NCBI GenBank assembly: GCA_030141605.1
Contig: JAQGDQ010000002.1
Span: forward strand, 2,232,001-2,296,000
DNA: 64,000 bases
DNA from: Tubiluchus corallicola
Lineage: Eukaryota; Animalia; Priapulida
Direction: 5' to 3'
Of the stretch, positions 40,001 to 52,000 are shown piece by piece; position 1 is the stretch's first letter; every line of letters starts with the position of its first letter. The position numbers and the translations under genes were made by a program. The notes below the pieces were generated by a model, which saw nothing but the letters and a program-made list of their open reading frames with translations, ran no database searches and had not been told where the DNA came from.

Positions 40001-42477
40001 CATGTAGGCAGAGCAGGCTGTATGTAGTGTACAGGTGCACATTTTCCGTCTTTTATACACAAGCCATTTTTAATGATGGTAGAGGAGCATCTGGATTCTT
40101 AAGTTCAAAAGGATGAAGACTTGGTAGCTGGCTCTGGTTACCTTGATGTTGTGGGAAAACAGAGGTATTCTTAGGGCAGATTTTTTTCAAGTGCACTGGC
40201 ATGCCTCAAAGACCCTTGCAAAGGCCACAAGGAAAATTCCATTGAAGACTCAAGACTCTATAACAGAATGAGCCAGGGTACAAGATCTGGATAAATTCAC
40301 GAGTGACTTTTTGAGTGTGACCCTTTTGGCAAAGCTAGGCCAATATTGAAATCTCTTCAGTCAGATATGGTGTCATCTGATCTATTTATTCATGAGTTTG
40401 AACACTGCACACAAGGATGGTTAGTCTCTAGTTCAGTCATTCTTCAAAGAGAGGTTGTTCTCTAATGTTAAAAACTTTGAGGCACAATCCGCAGTAAGTC
40501 ATGCTATAGCTTTAGCAAGCCATCCATTTGAATTGATGCATCCCAAGCAAAAGTAGCAAAGACTGATGCAATGATGAATAAAGTTATGACACAAGTTCTC
40601 TCTCGCTCAGAAATGTGAGGATACGTTTAAGATTAAGTGATGTGAGCCGCTGATGAATGCTTCAACATTAAATGTGAGCAGAACAATACGAAAAGTGGAT
40701 TTAAACAAGAAAACTTGAAACTGTGCATGTACTTCTGAGAACTTACAATAACCATCTTGAAAATTTAAGAAAGTCAACTTAACACAAGAAAATTTTTTGA
40801 AAAGCAAGTTTAATAACTTGTTTTCTTGGATAAATTTAATAGTCTATAACAAAATAAACTCAGAGTAATTTTTCAGTTAGAAATATTATTAGAAAAATTT
40901 GAATAAAAATTTGCTACGTAAACTAGTCTCATACCGACTTTTACCAATTTAAAAGTAAGAATTGTCTTTTTACCAATACGTGTATTTCTAACAGTAGTGT
41001 TTGTGATTTAAATGGCTTGGATAATAGAACTTGCCTAAAAATTTGGAATACCTCTTAATTTTATTGTTATAATTAAGTAATCCTGTTAATGTTGTATATT
41101 TGATCGAAATTCATTTTGCAAAGACTAGAAATTTTGGTTATATATGTGAAAGGCTGTTCCACAAATGTAACTAAAGATCCACACAACAAATTAATGTATT
41201 TATTACGAAATATATAAATTTTGTATATCATTCTTTATACTGCTATTAGCAGCTATTGTATTTTATTTCAGGCGTTCGCAGATATGGCAAAAATTTTCGA
41301 GCCATTGCAGAAACTATTGGAAATAAAAGCGAAGCACACGTACGTAATTTCTTTGTCAACTATGGCAGGCGCTATAATTTAGATGAAGTTTTACAAGAGT
41401 ACGAGGCAGAATATGGACCAACAGAGAAGAGTGATGGTTTGGAAGAAGACACAGATGGAAAAGCAACAGAAAAGGTACTTAAATGGTTTTATGATGCTGT
41501 ACAATCATGTCAACATTTTTTCTTTCAAACATTTTCCAAAGACATTACATAACCTTTATGTAATTCTAGGATGAAAAAATGGAAGTAGAGACAGCACAGA
41601 CTACCATCACGCCAACACCAACATCAGCTGCTACTGTTGTCACAACCACCATTCAAGAGGACAAACCTAAGGACACACCGCCAATTACTACTCCTTCGGC
41701 ACCTCCACCTCTTAAACCGAGTCAACCCGCAAATGTGAAAACTGGACCGCCACCTCTTCAACAAACTCAGCAACAGCCACGTCAACATCACCACCATCAT
41801 CATCATGGTCATCACCATCATCATCATGCACGGTAGGTATTGTGGCTAAGATGATGGTTTAAAGACTAAGCCTTTAGTCAAGTCTCTTGTAATTTAAAAG
41901 CCTCATATTATTAATAATTTGCTAGGAAAATATCTTGACAGTATTTTTTAATACAACCCCAGTTCAAAATGCTCTAAATTTTGAGGGTTTGTGAAAGCTT
42001 TATGCATCTATATTACAGTTATAATAGTTTACTGTAAACACTCAATGATAGACTATAACTCGTTACTGAAGCTGTCAATCCTTTGCCATAATATCTTGAA
42101 AAGTGCTTAAGGTTTAACACTGTTGCTATATGTCATGATATGTGATTGACTGAATCTATCACTGACCGAATGGCTCAGTAACAGCCATTTGTTACCCCTT
42201 ACATGCTCTTACCATAGCCAGATTTCTTGCACCCACCCTATTGTACATAGGTACTTTGTTTTTTATCTAGTTCTTAGAAGGTGTTTACAACCAGATACTA
42301 TCAATTGCCTAAGCTGGTACAGTTACCTGAGCTGGGTGCCAGAGCTGTCGTATTAGTTGATGTTTTTATTGTTTTTATTTCAGCATGCATTTATTACCAC
42401 CACGATTACAACAACCACCGCCATTGGTGAAGCCAGCAAATGAAACCACTGTTCCTACTTCGGAATCAACACAGTAA
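25032..42477 (+). CDS. RCOR: REST corepressor (CoREST/RCOR family; ELM2 plus two SANT domains; ~578 aa, 12 exons)
   Basis: Exons 25032-25140, 26133-26189, 26796-26867, 28148-28200, 28955-29116, 31031-31149, 34586-34840, 35541-35754, 35890-36025, 41272-41474, 41570-41832, 42384-42477; phases consistent (1737 nt). Motifs: [16 protein letters not shown] (ELM2), [23 protein letters not shown] and [10 protein letters not shown] (SANT1), [40 protein letters not shown] (SANT2), QQPPPLVKP. Confidence 0.93.
27178..27893. mobile_element. Non-autonomous piggyBac-like element (716 bp)
   Basis: Perfect TIRs CCACTTCACTGCC / GGCAGTGAAGTGG, each flanked by TTAA (27174-27177, 27894-27897). Confidence 0.8.
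29933..30963. mobile_element. Degenerate Tc1/pogo-type MITE
   Basis: TA-flanked imperfect TIRs cagttaaatcgtagtaatacgatt / aattgtattaccgggattcgactg; contains a GA-rich microsatellite at ~30400-30510. Confidence 0.45.
32290..32530 (+). mobile_element. Repeat-family fragment, copy 1 (shared with 33627-33760), followed by a (cacca)-like microsatellite
   Basis: ttcgaaaaacaaacc...acactagatcgagagctttcgtttgatata...gttggagatgtag recurs at 33648-33743 as ttcgaaaaataaacc...acactagatcgagacctttcgtttgatata...gttggagctgtag. Confidence 0.65.
32714..33122. mobile_element. hAT-superfamily MITE (409 bp)
   Basis: TIRs tagtgttgctccggata / tatccagagcagcacta (2 mismatches), exact 8 bp TSD CATTCCAC at 32706-32713 and 33123-33130, and subterminal tatccg repeats. 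Confidence 0.85.
33627..33760 (+). mobile_element. Repeat-family fragment, copy 2
   Basis: Shares the acactagatcgaga.ctttcgtttgatata core with 32290-32420. Confidence 0.6.
36192..39087 (-). CDS. Type-B carboxylesterase (alpha/beta hydrolase, signal peptide; ~559 aa, 2 exons), nested antisense in CoREST intron 9
   Basis: Exons 38499-39087 and 36192-37282 join in phase (KSG|NYGFYDQ). Motifs: [47 protein letters not shown] (nucleophile), candidate triad E (QETD) and H (AMHGWD). Hydrophobic N-terminus [16 protein letters not shown]. Confidence 0.93.
39530..40600 (-). mobile_element. Decayed DNA-transposon coding remnant
   Basis: Frameshifted minus-strand fragments [45 protein letters not shown] resemble the LPPT..QH..RA.YQ..W..GW C-terminal motif of large invertebrate transposases; left boundary ttaaggttgtcc. 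Superfamily uncertain. Confidence 0.45.
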
Positions 42478-42805
42478 CTCATGTCAGTCATTACTAACAT
42501 AAATGGTTTCATCCGCTTTAAATGGCAGAAATATGGGCTGTAATGGCTTTTGCAACAGTGCGAACAATGGTCAACAAATGTTTGTCAGTGAAATGGATGA
42601 AGTGGCATAAATTTTGATGGGTTTTTGAAATATAACTGTGTAAATATAGGTAACTCAAATAATAAGGATATGGTTAGCAAAATGTATTTTTGCACAGGAA
42701 TTCGAATGCCTAGATTCTAGAAGCAACGGCTTGCTTTCACACTAGTGATTTCAACGGAGTTATTAGGCATTTTGGGAATATAATTTCTCTTAACATTTTA
42801 GAGGA

Positions 42806-43994
42806 TAGTGGGGTGGTTAAGGTCGTATATTGAAAGAATTGTGCATTTAATGACTAAAGCATGTAATTTTCTCCAGAGTTTTGATAGACCATGAAGTTTA
42901 TTTTCAGATGTGGAGGCATTTCAGATTTCACCTCTGGGACTAGGTAAAGGGCAAAGATTTTCAGGCTGTTAAATTTTCTTTCTTACTTTTTCACAGACAT
43001 AGTGGAAATTGCCACCATTAATATTCTGTTTGTACAGTCTTATTGCACATATATTATATATAACTGCTGTACATAATGTCTCAAGAAAGGGAAACATTAA
43101 AAAATTACAACAAAATAAATTTTAGCCAACCTTTGAGCTCATGGGTCGTTGTCAGTCATTGGCGGTGGCGGCATTAGCATGTGCACGAGGTTGTTCAGAA
43201 CTGGTTAAATATAGCTTGGCCAAAACTCATGCCAGTATTTGTCATATTTTCTTGTACTAAAACTAAGTATTTGTGGTCAAAAGGTCAAACGTCAAGGTCA
43301 CAGGTCAAGTTTTCAAGAAATCTTTTTTTATGCTAAATCAACTTGGAATTAATCAATTCAAGCTGCACATAGGAATTACTCGTTACTGACGTCTCACACT
43401 TATGGAATGTGGGTATTGAAGGTCAAAGATCAAGGCCACAGGTCAAAGTTATTTGCAAATCAGTGTTAATCATGGCTGTAGAGTGTGCATTGTCCCGAAA
43501 CAAAGGCAACAGTGCATTAAAGGCTGCAGGAGGGATCTGCAAGCTTTCTACTTGCTAAGATACCACCACTATTAGAATCCTTTTAAAAGCACAACCCAGG
43601 ATTGCAGGGAATATGCCGTAATACGTAAAAACATACCATAATGTTAATGTATATTTGACAAGTTTATATGAATATTTATGCCCAAATATTAAATACAGAC
43701 AGGTTAGATAAAGGTGTCCTCTATACCTGAAAATCAACACAAATACTTTGTTTAGCATCTTCAATATAAACAAACGGGTAATTCTGGCAAAGAGATACAT
43801 GGTTACAATGACGAATGATGATGAAAATACTGAAAAAAATGCGATCATGAGCTCAGTGACCTTTCAAGGTCACCACAGGTCAGACAAAAAATGCCTCCAC
43901 ATCTGAAATAAAACCTGGGGTATGAAGATTATATGCTGAAACTTTTGCGCTTTAGTCATTAAATGCACACTTGTTTGGCTTATCAGCCCCACTA
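42806..43994. mobile_element. ~1.2 kb non-autonomous DNA element with long imperfect TIRs and AGGTCA repeats
   Basis: Mirrored pairs tagtgggg / ccccacta, gtgcatttaatgactaaagc / gctttagtcattaaatgcac and ttcagatgtggaggcattt / aaatgcctccacatctgaa. Confidence 0.8.
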
Positions 43995-45616
43995 AGACAA
44001 CTGTTTTCGTTATGAAATAATTAACATGTGTATCTATTTAGCATATCGAGGGTGGCTGGGCAGTTAATACCCACCTATCATGTTTGGAAAAGCATAAAAT
44101 GTTCTCGTTACATAAAAGCCGCTCGTAAAAGGAATGTTGCTAAAGCTTGCTGGTTTGGGTTAGTGATTAGCTTCACTTGGAGACTTGCTGTTGACATGGG
44201 TATTGCTACAAGCACAAAATATTTGAAGATAGTATCTAGAACAGAGTTACCTAAACTCGGTTATGGAAGCAGTTCTAGAAGCTCTTCACCTGCATCAACT
44301 TGGAATTGCTAACAAACTTTTAAATGGACCAGCAATGGATTTTTTTTGTTTTGGATTAAATGTTTTTGTAACATTTTGTAGGCAAATGTAAAAAATATTG
44401 TGCCCACTTAAGTTTTGCTTGCTAAGAAGTGGTACTGCACAAGCTCATTGAAGGTTTTCTGAATGCACTTTACTCTAAACACTTCACAGTCTGGGGTAAA
44501 TGATCTTACAGTTTTGCATTTGCAATGAAGATCTAGAGTCCTATACAACCACAGTAGTCACTAGTACTTCTCAAGTAGGTGGAATAATGTTGTATGTCAT
44601 TGTATCCCATTCTGTTCTTTTCATGTTTCAGTGTTTATAGATCAATTGGTTAAGTATTCAACAAGAAATGCACATTCATAATTTTTTTGATGTAATTATA
44701 TTTCTAGTAAATGTTTTGCCACCTTACTGTAGCTCCATGGCTTTGTAAAAATCAGCTTACGTAAGTGCATCTGTGTTCTAATTTATATTAGTAATAAAAC
44801 ATCTTTGAATGAATAACACGAACAATGTCTAATGCTCACTTTTCAGCTGTAAAGTTACCTTGCATTTATGCTGCTGAAACTTAACCCTGTATTTTAACTC
44901 ATAGTGGGTTTTGTTAGGCCATATCCTCCTTGAGTAAGTTGAAACAACCTAGACATGATAATAAGGCGATTTTCTTGGTGGTTACCATCTATTTAGTTAC
45001 CAAGATAATCAAGCAAGTTTCAAATCAAAGTATGATGCCCAATTTACATTCTTCTCATACTGGGCCTAGAGCTAGAATTTACAGAGAGCTGAATGGGTGG
45101 TGTTTTCAGTTACAAATCAGAGAAAGGCACATAATACACATTAAAGCTTAACACTACACATTGAACTGAGACACGCAACATAAAACCAAATGATGTTCTA
45201 CAGCTTTATACAGCTACCACATTCAGCTTTGCGAAAAATTGTTACATGTTAATATTTTCATATGTCCAGTGTCTACTGCCAAATAAGTGTGAACCAGGCG
45301 TAAATAAAATATACACCTCAATAAACAAAAAAAAACTTGTGGATGACACTTAATGCATTACTCAAGCATTTACGGTAATATAAATTCCATCAGTAATTCG
45401 GAGATGTAATCAATCTTCTTCATTGTTTACTAACAATGTTCGGAATAAACATTTTGGTCATTTTTTATTACCGGTCATTTTAGTTATGTCGCATTTTTTG
45501 ATTACCTGTGTCTGTAACAGTACTATTTCAACACCAATACACATGCTTCCACCCCAAAATTATGAAAAGAGTATTTAAAAATGTGAAAATCTTGTAGAAA
45601 CAAAAGTGTAATTGCC

Positions 45617-45760
45617 TGGCTGCATAGATTAGTCGGCAACATGCTTAAATTGGGATCCAAAGGCAGCAAGTTTGTGTCTCGCACTGGCTATTTTTATCCT
45701 CCATTGAGTAAGGTGGCATACTGATTGGCACTGCGTCCAGGTCATTTGGATGTTCTAAGT
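45617..45760 (+). mobile_element. Degenerate tRNA-derived SINE head
   Basis: ggctgcatagattagtcgg (A-box-like) followed by a degraded B box and a SINE-core-like tcctccattgagtaagg; too decayed to be a tRNA gene. Confidence 0.35.
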
Positions 45761-46073
45761 GAGTGAATAAATAATACTTGGAGATGATTAGTAAATGAAA
45801 TTATCAGTAATTTTAAATGCGAGAACATGTGAAGAGGGCTTCTTGGGACTGTCCTGGAAAAAATAATTGGAAGATCAGGTGCACACATGTAAAATCATGC
45901 CATTAATCATACATATTCTTTATTCACTGCAATGGATTAATTACACAAAAATTAAATATTCATCAGAAATTTTCAAATGAAGTGTTAAAGTTAGGCTTTC
46001 TTCCGTGTTTATGTACACTTCATATTTACATACTTGCCATACACCAGATGCAAATGGTTTCCAAAAAGGCATT

Positions 46074-49000
46074 CTACATTTTGCTAGTTGTTAAACTACT
46101 ATGATTTCCACTAACATTCTCATTAAAAAAGGATAAAACTTTTTTCCAGCTGTCTTCCTGTGCAAAACTGTGCTCCACAATAGCTCCTCCAAATAACGAC
46201 ATGACTTCTAAAATGTAATAAAAAAACGTAAGAAATAGTGCCTATAAAAAGTCAACGAACACTACAATCTGGTACGCATCCTAAATTGGCTGTACAGATT
46301 TGGTAATGCATCCTGTTCCCAAAATAACGTGGGGTACACATCTTGTATGGCTCCCTCTCCTATGTACAGATAATTCAGGCATAATGTAAAACAGAAAAGA
46401 AAATGATCAATGTCAAATGAAATTCGATATTATAAGACAATTGTTTAATGCCAGACATAGACAACATAAAAATAACTTGAAATTGAATGCAGATATAAGG
46501 CTCAGGTTGACTTCACTAATGGTACAAGCAAGAAAATCAAACATAGTTAGGTTTACAAAATCACTGTATTTGCAAATACTTAGTTTTTACCCATAAAATA
46601 ATGTATAAATGAAAGTAAAAAATATAATTTATTTATACGATCTATGTATAATTTGCACTACTGCACTATTATTTGCCCCTGTGGCACATCTGGGTGCTTT
46701 TTCCTATTTCCTATAGTATGCATTACTTCATTTAACATCATGTTTTGCTGGCACTGATTAAGGGAAGACTTACTGTATATGTAGAAAACTCTCACCATGT
46801 ATAAAATGAATAGAACAAGTGGAACATTGAAATGGTATGTGCTTGCTTAGCAATCAAAAGGTCATAGTGAAACAAGCTTGGTTAGTAACTAGATGGTGAC
46901 TGACTGACTAGTGTGCCCACACACAGTTTCATCGGCATAGTACTTCTCTTGTGGAGAAGCTGACAGAAATCAGAAGGTGGATGAGGTACCATGTGCTGTA
47001 TGCTTGATTGTTTTGGGTAGGTAACATTACTGCTTGGTATGCAAAGTGGTTGGGTAGTATAATAATAGGCAGTGTGGTGGACTGATGAAAGGAATTTGAT
47101 GATATGAGTCATCGATTAAAGCATAAAGTTGCCAAGACCGTTAACACTACAAGCACCACTGTTGGAAGCTGGAAACTAACAACTTGCAGTATGCTAACCT
47201 GTTTAAAAATGGTTCTTGAAAATAAATTATTTTTGAAGGAAAAAATCTTTCTGCAAATTACAAGTCATTTCCTAAAAAAGAATTCCATAGAAAGTAATTC
47301 CAGAATGCCAAGGTAAATTAACCTGTTACAGAAACTCTAATTTTGCAATCTAACTATTACTTGTCAACTTTTTTTCAGCACTTTACCTGTTATATCATGT
47401 TTGCTTAAATTGTTGGCATTGCCAAGGTAAACTAACCTATTATAGAAACTCTAGTTTTACAATCTAACTATTACTTGTCAACTTTTTTCAAGCATTTTAC
47501 TTTTCTGTTATATCATGTTGCTGTGACTATAACCTATACCTTATCTGAAAGGGTGAAATCTTGTAAAAAAAGGAAGTCCTCACCAATTTCACAACCAAAA
47601 TATGTCTTCAGCTGAGTGGCTGTGCAGATAGGCAATGTCAGGCCTGTTTAGTAAATGGATTGGTGACTATCAAAAAAACTTTTGGGCAATTTTATCTGCT
47701 ACACTGATTTCGTTGAAGGAGAATATAAGCATCAAAATGGGTAAAACACATCTGCTGATTTAGTGTCTCATCTTAAAGAACTGTCCTCTAAAATTTGGTC
47801 TGCTGCAACCACCAACAAAATGAGTAGGCTCTACCCCATCCGGTGCCTCAGCCATGTAAAAAAAGCAGAGCCTAATTAGTGATGAACATTATTAATAAGC
47901 AGGTGTTGTTAGTAACTACAAACTGCCTGTCAGGCTCATCTATACAATCCCCGACATACTTGTACTATCAATCCAGGTTTTGTTAGCAACAGGCATATAC
48001 GGAGGGTCAATCACATGTCCAGCACCTGGATACACAAGCACTTCATAGTTCATCTTGCTGTGCTTTTCCATATATTCAGTTAAGGATGCAAGGTGTTTCT
48101 CCACTCCTACACTTTTATCATCTCCCCCACAGAGAAATAAAAGGTTTGCTGTTGTTTCTTTGAGCTGAATAAAAAAAAACAATTGTCTGCAACGTGCATA
48201 CATGCCAGAATAAAATAAAGTTTATTGCCAATACCGCATAAGTGAAAAGAGATTTTGCAATTTTCTTACATGTATGTGCTCGAGATCTTGTAACTGGTTT
48301 GTCTAAGTTCCAGTATAAGAGCATGAAAGCCAGTATAATGACAGAAACTAACAGATTGCCTGTGCTTTAAAAAATTCACTAGGAAAATGGTGTTAGTATA
48401 CACAGTCAAGATATTAAACCGAATTTTGCATAATTGTGTGACCAGTATATTGTCTGACAAACGCTAATAAAAACTACTTGCTTCATAAAACTCCATTTTG
48501 ACATACCTGAATAAAGCTTTCTGGTAAAATTACAGTATTTTGTCCAAATATTATGCCTTCATCTGTGACGACCGCATCATAAGAACTGAAATAATAAACA
48601 AACATAAGTCTAGGCTACACTAAAATAGGCCAACCATTGCTGCAGCAATAGCAGATTTAATAGATAAATTGAGCAAAAGCCCCAAAATCAACGACACTCG
48701 GATGTAAGAATGCAAAAAATTGCTTATACATTTATTTGGATAAATTGGGTTAACGAGTTGTATAAAAGTACATGTAGTTTGATTAACAATAATCTGTTTG
48801 ATTCTATTTATGTCATGTGACAATTGTAATTTTATGATTGTTTTGTTATTGGCTGCAAGGCTACTTAGGTTTGAAATAATAAATTCCACTTATTTTAGGT
48901 GAATGCAAACAAGATGCTACAGTTCTCTGTTTCAAAAGCAAGGTTGAGTGTACCATAATGACTACATGCTCCACTGGTACTGTGTTTGTTGTTGTTTCAA

Positions 49001-52000
49001 TCGTGGACATACACAACTCATATTATTTAGTATATGATATAAGACCTTACTAAAATTTTCAAGGTCAAAGAAAAATGTAAGTAGTGTGCCTTCACTTTAA
49101 ACTTTGAATGCACTCGTAGAAACTGATGTTGTCATCTTTCTAGAATATAGCAAAATGTCAATCATACAAGCCACTGAATCAGCCATAACACAAATGCATT
49201 CCATGAAAGCTGTTATGCCAGTTATGCACTTTATCAAAGCTGTCACGATAGTGATGCACTTCACTAATCAGTCTGCAACGGCAATCATTCACTCCACTCC
49301 ACCGATATTTTTTTGATGGCAAACTAAGTACTTATGTTGGTTAGCATTACTACGTTGATGATAGTATCTCTGCAGCAAGTTTACCACAAGAGTGATGCAT
49401 TTACAGCATCGCAGTGAATGCCAATTAGCGAGGTCCACACTTAATCAGAAAAGCACTGATGCATGCTAGTCACATTTGTCAAATGCTGAATTTGCAATGA
49501 TAATGCTTATTTAGATTTTTCATAACTTCCCTTAAAGCAATTAACGCACTCACCACATTGGAAACGTTTCTCCTCTATACAAGAGCATGCCACTATGAGC
49601 CACCATAGCACCAACAGCAACAACAGCTTTAATCTGAAGTAAACAATCAGTGTCCAGCAGTAACAATGCATATATCAATCGTCAACTACTGCCACACTAC
49701 TTTTATTTTTTCATCTTTTTTGTTTTCTTCTGTAATTACTTTACAAAGTTAATTTCTAAATATGATAGGACTACTTAAAATAACCTATTATAGATACTCT
49801 AGTTTTACAATCTAACTATTACTTGTCAACTTTTTTTCAAGCATTTTACTTTTCTGTTAAAACATGTTGCTTAAATCATGAACTTAAAAAACCATGTAAA
49901 TGGCTAGCATATTTCAAAAGAGTTGGGCTAGTATGCAAAACAGTTATTTTCAAGTGAAAAATGGCTGTAATGAAAAATGGAAACAAAAAAACGTGTAGTG
50001 AAAGATTCTTGCAAGTTATGAAATTATAACCAAAATTAATAGACTAGCAACTTAACAGTTTATTAAATTCATTAAGAACTATGAAAGAAGAAAAATGCTC
50101 TTTTAAATATTCTAAAAATTTCAGAAATTAATGTTCTCGCATTGTAGCAGTTTGTCTTTAAGTTATGTGGCGGTGATTGTTATAAGCAGATGCTTTGGAA
50201 ATAAGCCTTTTCACAGTTTCGCTGTGCACATGCGCAGTTGTTGTAGACTAAAAATTAACTTTACCCTGCAAAATGGCTTAGCTACAACCATCACATGACT
50301 ACGTGAAATGGGTGAGACACGTGGTTAAAGTCATATGCCATGCAGGATAATAGTAAGTTAACACTGAACAATATCTGTAGAGTTGCGTAATTTGTAACTT
50401 GTTAGAGTATAACTGTACAGCTTTAAACTAACATGTTACCTCTTATACGAAAATAACTAGCAAAATACCAGCAGCAATCAATGTAAAGTGAAATGGGTGA
50501 CTATTAACATCAAGACTTGGTACTATTACAATAGCATGGGCTGCGAGGCATTGCCAGGTGAACACAAACACGTTGTTGGGTAAAGACAGCCTTTGACCTT
50601 TTCACAGTCACCAACAATGCCTGGAAGTGTGAAAGGGCTTGTTCTCATACGTGAATACTGAAACACTTAGGAACAATGTAAACAGATATATTACTTTATG
50701 TTTGTTTGGCAAGTATGAAGCCATAGACAATCCTGCTTCGCCACCAAAAGAGGTACCAATAACACCAATACCATAAGACATAACTTTTGGATGGTTGCAA
50801 AATACTTCTATTGCCTCCTAAAGAATTCAAAGGTGTTTAACTACAAACTACAAAATGTCAAATTATTACATTAGATGCTAAGAAATGAGTACACCTATAC
50901 AGCTGCTAACTCGATATAAAAATTCCACAAAATTAAATGGCAATTTTAGCAAGCTGTAAGCAAAAGATAAAAAACTTACTGATAAAAATTTGTTTATAAT
51001 CCTAAGACCACACTCAAGATTCAAAAAAGAGGCATGAAAAACAAAAAAATTTTACAGGCACAACAAATTTTAAAAAATACTTCTTGGGCATAGCTTTAAT
51101 GGTTTATAAATTATTAGATGTATTTTGATGACCTTTATTGATTGATTTAGACTCTGTTGGCAAGTATTTACTATCGAAAAAAGATTACGAAAAAATTCAA
51201 TGATTAAATTGTGACATCGTTATTGCATTTCTTGCACATTTAAATCACTTTTGTTTACCAAAAAGTTATGAGATTTCACAAAGGTATGAAACAAGGCTAG
51301 TCTCTTGAGCAAATTTCTGAAAAGGATTGTGTTAGACTCTAAAACTATACCAAGGAGTAATCTTTGGACAATGTATGAAGAATTGTCTCTTAAGAACACG
51401 TACCCCACCTTTAACTAAAGGCACAATTTTGAACCCTTTACCTGAAATGGTAGCTAATATTATTACCACAGAGTCAAATTTTAAAATGACTCCAAAAACC
51501 ATTTCATATTTGACCAACTATATAAATGAATGTAGATTGCTGTGCACCAGAGTTTTATACAACGGGCATAATCTAACAGGTAAATGCCTTTTAAATGATT
51601 TTAAATAATACTGGAATCCAAACTAGATGCAGCAATCATTTACAAACACTTTCTCACCTCAAAATATTCTAGATTAATTTGAATTGGAGAAATATTTGGA
51701 AGATCTTCGTAAAAGGAATAAGGAAGACACAAAGTTGCAAAACCATGAGACGCAAGGAGAGCGGACCTGCACTCAAATATTCCACCTATCCCATATAAAT
51801 CGATAATACCAGGAAATGGCCCACAACCTATAATACACAAAAACCTATAGAACAAAACTAAAACATGTGGCAATAATGCTGATGGACTTGAAAGTAATGA
51901 GACTGATTGACTGGTTGATTCAGATTAAGGATTAGAATTGATTTAGCTTTGAGCTGGTGAAAAAATCAGAATTGAAGTCAATTTTGTTTAGAAAGATTCA

